IMG/VR virus record: IMGVR_UViG_3300013104_000002
Coordinates: 1 to 64,000 of that record
Direction: 5' to 3' (one strand)
DNA length: 64,000 nt
Source: a virus
The notes below the pieces were generated by a model. It saw only the letters and a program-made list of their open reading frames with translations. It was not told where the DNA came from and made no database searches. This document shows, piece after piece, positions 46,958 through 57,600 of this stretch. Position 1 is the first letter of the stretch. Every line of letters begins with the position of its first letter. The position numbers and the translations under genes were made by a program.

Positions 46958-48232
46958 TTATTTAAAAACACCGGTATATAAAAGTGTTGTTTTGTTTGTT
47001 CTCTTACCTGATAAGTAAGCTTTTATGGTATTGTAATTACTAAACCCTAGTTCTTTACATGCTATTTTTAGATTCTTATATGCAATACTCGTAGATGTGT
47101 CTATAACCTCTTTAAAAGTCCATTCAGTAACTTTTCCTTCTTGAGCTTTTCTCCTATTTTCTATCTGTTGTTTTGTTAGTGGTGCGCGTTTTTTACCCCT
47201 ATTACCATCCCCTATTGCTTTTTTATGCTCCTCTGTTAAAGGAACTCCTTTTCTTTTATTTTTTACATCTGATTTTTTATGTGGTAGTGGTTTCCATTCA
47301 TCATATTTTTTATCTATGTCTTTAAATATCCATTCCTTACTCACAAGTCTATAACCTTTATAATTTTCTACAGTATTTTTTTCTAGGAGATTTAATCCAT
47401 AACGTGTCAATGTACTATTTTTTGTAAAATTTGTTATTGAAGTAAATTTATATAATTGATTATTATAGGATACTGTGTACATGAAACCATTTTGAATTTT
47501 ACTTGCCTCTATTTCAATATAGTCTTTATATTCGTCTTCATAGCAACACCACCATCTATTATCATACAAGCACTTATATTTTTTAAGAACCGAGTATAAC
47601 ATATTATTTGTTGTTTTTTCATTTTTTATTATAGACTTAGGTAAATTATTTTTACACCATATATGTAAATCATAAGTCTTATATGATAAATTATTTATTA
47701 AATCAAAAATTAAAATACTTCTCGCCCTATCATTTTTTAAACGGTATCCTTGACTCGTTTGTTGATAACCGAGTAGTAATTTATATATACTTGAATCATC
47801 TAAATTCTTATTTCTACAAAATTCTTTAATATTTTCACCTGTATGTATATTACCTTCAAAATCTATTAATTCAAAAGACTTTATAGATGCTATATTAAAA
47901 CCTCCCACTCCACCTATCGCAGTGTTATAATTATTCTTTCTTTTTATGTATTCTAAATTAACTGTGTTTTTCTCTACTTCTAAAGCTTCTTCATATGTGT
48001 CAAAAAATTGTAATACTTCTTTTATAAAATTATCGTATCCATATTTTAAAACGGCTTTTACAAAAGCAGATTTACAAGTCTTATTTATATTTTTTGCACC
48101 ATTTTGACTATAAACTCCACATCCTATGTAACCATCATTTATCTTATTTGTTTTATGAACCCCTATGTATTCTTTACCATTAATTATATTTATTGTTTTA
48201 TAAATGTAATTATAGGTCTTACTCTCTGTCAT
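46958..48232 (-). mobile_element. free-standing GIY-YIG homing endonuclease (Seg-like) with NUMOD-type DNA-binding repeats
   Basis: YIYKTINIINGKEYIG, GYIGCG, YNTAIGG, LTEEHKKAIGDGNRGK. Confidence 0.85.
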
Positions 48233-48247
48233 ATTCTTATTAGTTTT

Positions 48248-50683
48248 CTAACTTAATGGATATTCTGTAAATTTTGTAGCATTAGGGAAAGTATATTGTC
48301 CTGTATTTGCCTTTATTATTTTTGGCTCTCCTTTATCAGGTACTACATATAAATCTATATTCCCATAACCCTCGGTTGACATTACATTACCTTGTATTTC
48401 CGTAATTTTATTTGGAAACAATCTCTGTCCTTGGTTATTTTTTATTGTTGAACTTTTTACCTCCTTTAAAAATGCTAATTCTGATGGAGTTATCTCTCCT
48501 AAATTTATCCATTGATCTCTATCTTTGTTTATCGTAATTTTTTTTCCTTCCTGCGCGTAAGTATTACTATCTGTAGAATTGTAAGCAGTTTTGTTTAATA
48601 AGTTTAATAACTGATCTTTAGAGAAATGTTTTAAATTATAATCCTCTAAATTATAAGTTTCTACGTCTTGTGGAGTTATTACTTGATCTGGTTTCAGTTG
48701 ATAATTATATCTTAATCTGTTTAATTCTGCCTGATTTTCATCTATATCTCCTCTATAATTATTCAAACCTTGTATATTTTGAAGTTCTTGCGAAAAAGGT
48801 TCTTTAATATATTTATTATAAGTTGATGGATCTACATATTTTTGAAATCTATGGCTAAACTCATGTACTGGTATTCCTTGTTTATTTTGAAAATTATTAT
48901 CTAATAAAAGTCTGTCTGATACTCTGTCGTATTCTCCTAAAGTTGTTTCTCCTTCATTTTTACCATAATTTAAATCATCTACATAGATATCTGATGAAAA
49001 TGGTATTTGTGTTCCAGTGTTTATTTTAACACCGTCTACAACTCTATTTTGATTCCAATTATTTAACCATTTCCTTTGATTTTCTACTTCTAAAGTCTGA
49101 TCTGGAGTTAGGTTTCCAATTGTACCTCCTTGCTGAGCATAATTATTATATGTTTTAGAACTATCTGCTATATTATTCATTAACCAAATTATATCATCAT
49201 CTGTATAATTTTTCTGAAGTCTTGATTTTATAAATTCAGAATTTTTTAATTTATTTAAATGACCTTGATTAAATTTACCATCAGTTCGTGTATCATAAAT
49301 TCCATTTTTATACATTAGATATCTTAAAGCATCTATATCTGCTTTATTTTCTATTGGTTGAAAATCATGATCCATTTTGTTGTAAACTTTATTTTTTACA
49401 ATACCCTCTAAATCTTGTTTTCTAAAATCATCGTCTAATTGAAACTGTCTTTGTCTACCGAAAAGTTCTAAATTATCTTTATAGTTTAAATTTACTCCTG
49501 ATTGTAAAGCGTGACTAAGTTCATGCGCTCTAACAGCTTCTGTACTAGGATTAGGTTTAATTCTTTGTTTATCTATAGTAGGGTTTAATGTTAATTTATT
49601 ATCTGAAGGTGAATATCTAGATCCTTTATTTGCATCTGGAAATCCTTGAAATTCTCTATATAACTCTTGAAAATAATTATCATTTGGATTTTGTATATAT
49701 TCCTTAACTGTTTTTAGTTTATTTAGTCTGTATTTTACGACTTCTTGTGGATTTTCATATCCTTGCTGTCTTAGTCTTTCTAAATAAACTGGAGAATTTA
49801 AATAAGATTCTAAATAAGCTTTTGGATCAATATTTTTATCCTTTATTATATCTGGCTCTAGATTAGGGATGTTATCTTTAATAACCCCTCCTTGTTGCGC
49901 TATTTGAGTATCTATAAAATTACTAACTTGATTATATATTCCTGTTAAATCTGGTACTTCTGTTTGTACAATGGGCTGTTCTTGAGGTATTGGTTGTTGT
50001 GAAATAGGTTGATTAATCAAATTTTGGTAATCTTTCAAAAAATTGTACTCATTAGTTTGCTTTTTTACTTCTTCAATATCCTCATCCTTTTTATCAGGCT
50101 GTTCTTCTTTAATTTCTTCTGCTAAATTAGTGTTATCTGCTGAAATATCAAAATCTTTGACAGTGGTTGTTGGTAAGTTATCAAAATAAGAATTAGTTTC
50201 AGCAATTACTCTATCTGATATGGGTGTTGAAGCCATTCCTGAAAATGAAGAGTATATCTTGTTGACTTTTTTCTGCCTTTCTGGATTATTTTTGTACTTT
50301 TTGGCAGGAATCTCATATAAATCTGAAAACACTTGTCCAGCTTGATAAGCAGTAGTAGCATTCTTCAATCCTAAATTAGCTTTTTGATGGGTTGTTTCTA
50401 GTTCATGTCTAACAAAATCTAATTGATTTCCAAAATCAGTCCACTTATCCCCATATCTTTTCTTAAGGTCTTGTAATCTTTTTCCTCTAAATTGAGCTAT
50501 ACCAAATGACGAGCCTCCTCGGTATCCAATATCTCCCTCGGCTGATGTATTTAATCCACTCTCGTACACTAGATTTCCTACTATACCTGCTGTAGCTTCT
50601 GGGGAATAACCTTGAGAAATAAAATAATCATAAGCTATTTTTTCCTTTTCTCTTTGTTTTTGATAAGATTTAACTGTTGGCAT
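48248..50683 (-). CDS. modular virion protein: phage tail lysozyme + two zincin modules + C-terminal domain
   Basis: AGIVGNLVYES...FGIAQF...QLDFV (Phage_lysozyme2 type); AHELSH and VHEFSH; modules separated by AQQGG/AQEGK. Confidence 0.8.
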   Translation of the reverse strand: MPTVKSYQKQREKEKIAYDYFISQGYSPEATAGIVGNLVYESGLNTSAEGDIGYRGGSSFGIAQFRGKRLQDLKKRYGDKWTDFGNQLDFVRHELETTHQKANLGLKNATTAYQAGQVFSDLYEIPAKKYKNNPERQKKVNKIYSSFSGMASTPISDRVIAETNSYFDNLPTTTVKDFDISADNTNLAEEIKEEQPDKKDEDIEEVKKQTNEYNFLKDYQNLINQPISQQPIPQEQPIVQTEVPDLTGIYNQVSNFIDTQIAQQGGVIKDNIPNLEPDIIKDKNIDPKAYLESYLNSPVYLERLRQQGYENPQEVVKYRLNKLKTVKEYIQNPNDNYFQELYREFQGFPDANKGSRYSPSDNKLTLNPTIDKQRIKPNPSTEAVRAHELSHALQSGVNLNYKDNLELFGRQRQFQLDDDFRKQDLEGIVKNKVYNKMDHDFQPIENKADIDALRYLMYKNGIYDTRTDGKFNQGHLNKLKNSEFIKSRLQKNYTDDDIIWLMNNIADSSKTYNNYAQQGGTIGNLTPDQTLEVENQRKWLNNWNQNRVVDGVKINTGTQIPFSSDIYVDDLNYGKNEGETTLGEYDRVSDRLLLDNNFQNKQGIPVHEFSHRFQKYVDPSTYNKYIKEPFSQELQNIQGLNNYRGDIDENQAELNRLRYNYQLKPDQVITPQDVETYNLEDYNLKHFSKDQLLNLLNKTAYNSTDSNTYAQEGKKITINKDRDQWINLGEITPSELAFLKEVKSSTIKNNQGQRLFPNKITEIQGNVMSTEGYGNIDLYVVPDKGEPKIIKANTGQYTFPNATKFTEYPLS

Positions 50684-50686
50684 AAT

Positions 50687-51610
50687 TTAGTCTGTAATTG
50701 TTTCGTTGTGTGTGGTATTTTTAAGTATTAGGTTATATCGGCTATCAACAGCTCCTGATAGATTTATTAAAAACCATTCTCCTTTCATTCTTTCTAACAC
50801 TTTTTTTCCCCTAAACTTAACAGCATTTGTATTTATAGTTTTAAAAATATTGTTCTCATCTGTGGTGAACATTGGAATGTTGTTTTGTGAATTTATTATC
50901 CTATTGAAAAAGTAGTTTATTGATTGCTTTCCACTATCACTTGTGAAAAGTATTTCTTGGACATTACCATTAGTTTGAGGGTATTTTCTATTATCAGATA
51001 ATGTAAGTTGTGGATTTAATCCTAATAAACCAGAATTATTGGTTTGATTAAATATGAATAAATTTTTAAAACTCTTATTCTTGTCTTGCGTCCAGTCCCA
51101 ATCATTTACATAATGTATAGCATCTATGTTTAAAGATATAGAATTTAATATTTTATCTACATTTTCATTTGCAATAGGTAGTTCTATTTGGGGTATGTGT
51201 TTATTTCCTTGAAATATGCAGAAACTACTTCTGTTTAATAAATGATTCCAGAGTGTTTCTTTATCTTCTCCAAAATTATAACCTATTTGAAAATATCCAT
51301 TATGAGATAAGCTATAATCAGGATAGAAAGTATAAAATGAATTCCACGTTCCTTCTACTACATTAAAAGATATAGTCCAACTCACTTCTTTAAAATAAGT
51401 ATCGTCATCGAAAAAAACCTGTTGTTTACTACTTTTTATAGTAGGAGCCACAGTTTCAGTACACGAGCATATTACGTTATTATCTTCAGTAATGATTGGT
51501 GTACAACCTGGAGGACAGGATACAGCTTCTATAATAGTAGTACAGGTGCAATATGTTACACCTGATACTATTTCTTGATTACACTCTATGCTGGGACAAG
51601 TACATGCCAT
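50687..51610 (-). CDS. C-terminal part of split muzzle/tail stabilisation protein
   Basis: YFKEVSWTISF...WNSFYTFYPDY resembles the segment I recall following RLFITKKDY in crAss-like stabilisation proteins; Cys-rich N-terminus. Confidence 0.6.
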   Translation of the reverse strand: MACTCPSIECNQEIVSGVTYCTCTTIIEAVSCPPGCTPIITEDNNVICSCTETVAPTIKSSKQQVFFDDDTYFKEVSWTISFNVVEGTWNSFYTFYPDYSLSHNGYFQIGYNFGEDKETLWNHLLNRSSFCIFQGNKHIPQIELPIANENVDKILNSISLNIDAIHYVNDWDWTQDKNKSFKNLFIFNQTNNSGLLGLNPQLTLSDNRKYPQTNGNVQEILFTSDSGKQSINYFFNRIINSQNNIPMFTTDENNIFKTINTNAVKFRGKKVLERMKGEWFLINLSGAVDSRYNLILKNTTHNETITD

Positions 51611-51619
51611 AATTTTTTA

Positions 51620-51651
51620 CAAATATAAGTTATTTATTTTTATTGTGCAAA
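51620..51651 (-). promoter_or_regulatory. Bacteroidota primary-sigma promoter
   Basis: TTTG, 20 nt spacer, TATATTTG, filling the 41 nt gap before the 307 aa gene. Confidence 0.7.
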
Positions 51652-54600
51652 TTAATTAGTTAAAACCGTTACACCTTTTGATATTAATGTGCTAACTGCT
51701 GAATTTGAAGCCGATGTTCTTGGAGAATTACCTCCTGTCAAGTCTACTTTTCCGCTAGATGCCCATGTAGGAACAGAAAGATTAATTAATAGGTTATCTA
51801 CTTCTGTTGAACTTAGTGCACTGGTTGCAGATTTTATAGTTACTTCTTTCATATTATTTACCCAAGTTCTACCTGATGTATAATCTGCAATTGTGTTTGT
51901 TCCTTGTATACTAAATATCCTTACATTTGGGGGTATTAAAGCTACATTTCCAGTTAGTGAATTTTCATCTAAGTCTATAACAGTCATTGTTGAAGGAAAT
52001 CCTGAAATATCCCCCGTAATATTATTTCTAGTAGCTATTAATATACCTAGACTAGTTAGTTTTGCTAACTCACTTACTTTTATCTCAACCTTTCCGTTAT
52101 TCAGAGTATCTTGTCCAATATTCATAGATCCTATAGAATTAGCATATACTGTAGTTATGATTTCTCCCGTATAAGACGTAGTGTAATTATGACTGAGCGT
52201 ATTTAATCCCGCTGGATAAGTGATTATAGTACCATCTCCCCAATTTACTTGAAACGTTGTTGAACTATTTACACTATACAAAGAGAAATTATCCAAATCT
52301 GTTGCATATAATTTAAATTCTATAGGTAGGGAAGGGTTAACTGTTACTATTACTTCTTCTGGCTCAGGAGTACAATCCTCAAAATGTGGGGTGATTGTAT
52401 ATATCACTGTTCCTACTATTGACCCGCTGTTTGTTAAAGTTTGAGCTATAGAACTTCCCGAACCACTTCCAGCACCACTAACTCCACTAGAAACTGCTGT
52501 CCAAGTAAATGTGGCTCCTAAAGTCGAACTTGTTAGAGAAATACTTGTGGTATCTCCACTAGCTATGTTTTGTACAGAAGGAGTAGGAATTACATCAACT
52601 GTGCATGAACAGTCTGCTGGTTCAGTAGTTATTAAAGTACAGGTTTGATTAACTTCATCGTAAACATAGTTTGGAGGACATAATGGTGCAGATGTAGTTT
52701 GTCGCTCACAAAGTTCAGTTAATGAATTATAAGTAAATCCTGGTGGACAAGTTGTTGTATCTTCTCCACAAGTATAATATATTCCTGTTTCTTCATCATA
52801 ATCCAGACATTCTTCGTCCTTCACAATATAATCTTTTTTGGTAATAAAAAGTCTTTCCCCTCTGTCATCATACCACATATTGTATCCAATACCTTTATAC
52901 TTATTATCAGTATTCAAATTTGGGAATTGTTTTAGTATTTTTAAAGGAAGTTGCTCTTTAAACCATTGTTTCATGTTAGTTGGTTGACCCCCTGACTGTT
53001 CTGAAATAATCTCTACTCCCTGACCATTTGATTCTAGTTTAAATATTCTTCCTCGTTTTGCATCCACCCAAAAATGTCCATATGGTGTACTTACAATATC
53101 TGTATGTTGAGTTCCCATGAATCCTAAATCAGTTGACTTAAATTCAATAGGTCTTTGGTAAAACATTCCTGAAATCCCTGTTTCTCTGTTTTGAGGTGTT
53201 AGTTTCTCAGAAAAAACATCTATAGCATTATGTAAAAGTAATCTGTTTTCAAATCTTGCTATAAACTGATTACTTTCAATGTTATGCATGTCAATAAGCT
53301 TACCATTATTTGTCTTGAATTCATACCAATTTAAAGGTTTATATACTAACCACGGATTAGTTAAATCATTTTCATTTACTTCTTTTTCAGACCAGGTTAC
53401 AGCGTTATTTTGTAAATTTCTTTTTCTCCATATCTCTTTACTGTAAGTTTTATCAAAAAATTTATATGGTGAATTTGAAACACCTAAACTATATGAATTA
53501 TTATAGTGAAAAGTATTTGGTTCTGACATAGGCAGGTTAGCTTCCTGTAACCATGTACTTAGATTTCTATGTTGTGGATAAAACCATTCCTTAGGTTCAT
53601 TTTTGGCATATCGGAAATTACAATTAATTTCTGACTCAACCAAAAAATCTACTATTCCGTGTACAAATAAATAAAATTTACTAGGCGGTTTATAATAAAA
53701 ATCCTTTCTGCCTGTCTCGCAATCAAAAGCTGTTTCTGATTTTATGTCTGGGAAAGGTATTCCTGTATTGGTATATATCCCTCCTACTTCATAATCACAA
53801 TAAAAACGTGGAAAAGCCATATTATCGTTTTCAGAGTACAAAAATGGTAATTTATCTGCTAATTTTACTGCATTACTTCTAAATATAGGGGCTTTCTTTC
53901 TCCAACTAAATCTTGATATTACCGAAGTTCCGCCTAATATAGGGCTACATTCTGTATTTTGATCTAAGTCAAATATATAATTAGTTGTAAGCCATTTTAT
54001 AGAGTCTATTTTACCCCATTGATCTGGAATATAATTTTTTAAAGTAAAATAAGGAGACGCTACGTTTCTGTCTGCTTCTACTCCTAATTTACAGTTTGTC
54101 TCGGATGAAATAAAATTACTGCCTTTATTAGACTTATTATTATTGTCGTATGCAGTGTATTGAGAATAAGAGGAATAGTCAAATGGAAAGCTTTCACCAG
54201 TAGATAAGAAAACCGAGTGCTCTCTTAACCAGTTATTAATTTTTACCATTTCTCCTGTATTTTCATCAGTAAATGTATAATCTCCTTCTCTTAAATGTTT
54301 TTTTATGGCAAGTTTTCTAAGATACTCTGAAGAATATTGGTCGGCTTTTAAGAATTTATTATATTTTGCAACTCCTGTTTGCATATTAGCATAGTTATCC
54401 ACTCTGCCTAAGTCTCTGAAAATAGTTAACCAGTCATATCTGTATTTACCGATTCTTACATAAGCTGCTGCAATCATTCCTGCTGCTGCAATTCCTGCTC
54501 CTACTGCTCCTAAACTAAATACAAAACCTCCTTGTTGTAGGGCTATTAGCTCTCCAGTTTTTATAAGTACTTCCATTACAGCCTCTGCTATAGCTAAAGT

Positions 54601-57600
54601 AGTGGCAGTGCTTCTTGATTTGTCTCCTAAAACTGTCCATTGTGAATGCTCGTCTACTTTCGAAAAGCTACTCGTGCTGTTACCAAAAACAAATCCTTGT
54701 AAACTTACTTCTGTTGGTAAAGAAGGTCTGGTTAAAAAAATATCAGGACTTAAGAAAGAATACATGTGGTTTCTTTCTGAATTATATGGATGATTTATAA
54801 TATTTCCTTTTGGTTTTTCAAGCAAATATTTATTCTTACCTAAATCATTAAAAGGAAAATTACTAAAATTTATAGTTTCTCCTTCTTTCTCATAATTATA
54901 AAAATCAAAACCAATTCCATTTGCTATTACAGATTTGGATACTGAATTATCACCTCTTAATATTTCATATCCCTGAATATTATCTCTTTGTTTAGCTGTG
55001 ATTAACCCATTTGAATATGCAATATTTATAACAGTTTTTATTACATTGCTGTCTATTTGAACTCCTAATGGAAATATGATACTATCTGCATTTTGTCTAA
55101 AACTTAGGGAATCTATTATATAAGGGGCAACAGTGTTATCAGGCATTTTAGGGTGTCTGATAGGCTGGCATCTAAAGTCTGCATTTTTTAGTATGTAGTT
55201 TCCATTACTGTCTAATCCAGAAGTGTAGTAATTTAAAAATTCTTCCCTGTCTTTTTCGGATAATAGGTTTAAATCAGAACCATTTATTTTTATTTCTGAA
55301 CTATCCCACAATTCTTTATTGTCGTCATAAATTTCTGTAGACTCCCAATAGGCAGTTACTCCCTTTCTATAAGGTAGTGGATCGCAATCATTTACTTTAG
55401 GTATTTTGTACCTACATTGTGTAGAGTAGTCTTGTATCTTGTCTATTACAATACTATCCCAACTTACCGTTGCTGCCTCATATTCTGTTTCTCTAATGTA
55501 AACAGAAAAACACCCACAAGGAGGTATAACTTTGTATACAATCTTTGGATCACCTGGAAAAATATCACTGCAATCTGTATATATAGTCTCACTCATTATA
55601 GGTGAGTCAATTGCAATGTAAAAAGTAGGAGGTAAAAGAGCTAGTTGAGTTTCATTAAAAAATCTTAGCTCTCCATTATCCAAATCTACTATTTCTCCTC
55701 CTAAAACTGTTTTATTAGTGCAGTTATCATAAATAGTGTACCTTACTGTAGAAACACTTGGTAGATCGTCTCTATCATTACTTGAAGGGCATTTCGATCT
55801 TCTGGTTATTTCAAAAACCAAGCTTGATCTCTCGTTCTTATTTATCTTGAAAAATTGAGCTTTTTTGTGAAGTTTAGATTTAAAAACACTATTAGTTACT
55901 GCTACATTATAAGATGGTTGTAATAAATCAGCTTCTAAATCAGCTCCAGCGTAATTTAGAAATACACCTATTCCCGACTGAGATGGGTCAGATTGTACTA
56001 ACAAACTTTCGGCATATCCGCAAATTTCGTTACTAAAATTACTGTCTCTTACATAGGCTTCTCTTAAATCTCCACCTACCTTACATCCCATAAAGTTTTC
56101 CTCAAACTCAGTATCCCTTTCATAACCTGATCCGTCTACGTCTCTTTTATAAGGGCTACAGAAAGATGGAGGAACAGATCTTAAATAATCTTCCTCTTCT
56201 TTAGGATCAAGTACTGTTACCTCATTTACTACGCTTGAAATAATATTTGTTTGATTATCTAGATTTGCAGGTAAATCACAATCTCCTATAAAAGCAGGTG
56301 AACAATTTCCTGGATAAGCGTTATTTAAAGCATCTGTAATTATAGATATATTAGGATCATCTGGATGAGTCTCCACATACGTTTTTAAATCTTCATAGTT
56401 TTGATCTATTTCTATAGTTACTGATCCAGTATTTATAGTATATACATTTTCTAAAGTGCATGAATTTGTTGCAGGTTCCTCTATTTCTGTAGCTCCTTCC
56501 TCTATGTCTATACATGTTTCATTATAAGCATACGCTGTATTATATACCTGCCATTTTTTATTTCTGTCTGTAGATACACACTGAGAGCTGTTGTTTAAAA
56601 TACTATTTAAATTATTATCCTCTTCCAGAATATCATTTTCGCCTGGTAGTGCAGGTCTAGCAATTAACGGAATTGCTGTGGAATACCCTCCATTTTTGTA
56701 TAAAAGTCGCGCACTGAATGGTTGAACTTCATCTCTTGTAAAGCCTTTATATTTAGAATTTGCAATTGCACTTTTATATAGATTCTCCGAAGCTGCCGAT
56801 GTAGTCCAATGCAATAATCCTCCAAACAAGTTCATAACAGGTTGGACATTCAATTCTTCTTCTTGTACTAATCCTCCATGCCAAAGTACATCTCCACTTA
56901 CCATAGTGAATTTTGCTTTCTCCCAGTTAGGTTTAATTGCATTCAATGTATTAAAATCCATTCTCTTTTTAAGAGATACGTTTCCTCTGGCAATATACAA
57001 ATCATCATTACTGCTTCCGCTATGTGTATATATAACTGTATCGTCTGTTGTAGGGTAAATTCCTGCTAAAAACACTGATTGGGTGTTAACTACATTATTT
57101 CTTTCTACAACGGCTATTTTATAATATTTAAAATGCTTTACATCTAAATTCTCTACTTTTATTTTTATAGCAAAATTTGTAAATTCGTCTGTTTCTGTTT
57201 GAGATTGGATATTGTTATTTTCATCGAATATAGCGATAGGGTTAGTTGGGGAAGAATATTGAGTCATCTCATTTCCCATTAAATCGCAATAAGCCGCCCA
57301 AAACTCATAAGTTCCTTTTTTCAAATTACCACCTAATTGTTGTTCGGCAGGATTTAAAATTATTCTATTATGTTTAGGAAACATTAAAAGCTTATCTACA
57401 TCTATGCAGTTACTATAGGTAGAATCTTCACACGGCAATTCTAGCTCAAATAAATAATTTTGTGCACCTTTTTCAAGTAAATTAGTTACATTTAAAAATC
57501 TAGGTGGATTTCTATAATCATTCCAGTATAAAGTTGTCCCTAATTTCTCTTGATTGATTTCTATCTTTTTTGCTGGAAAATTAATATCAAAATTAAGTCC

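Noticed and set aside
46914-48247. Group I intron around the GIY-YIG gene
   Set aside because: Flanks are too short for a ribozyme core, and both neighbours have their own start and stop.
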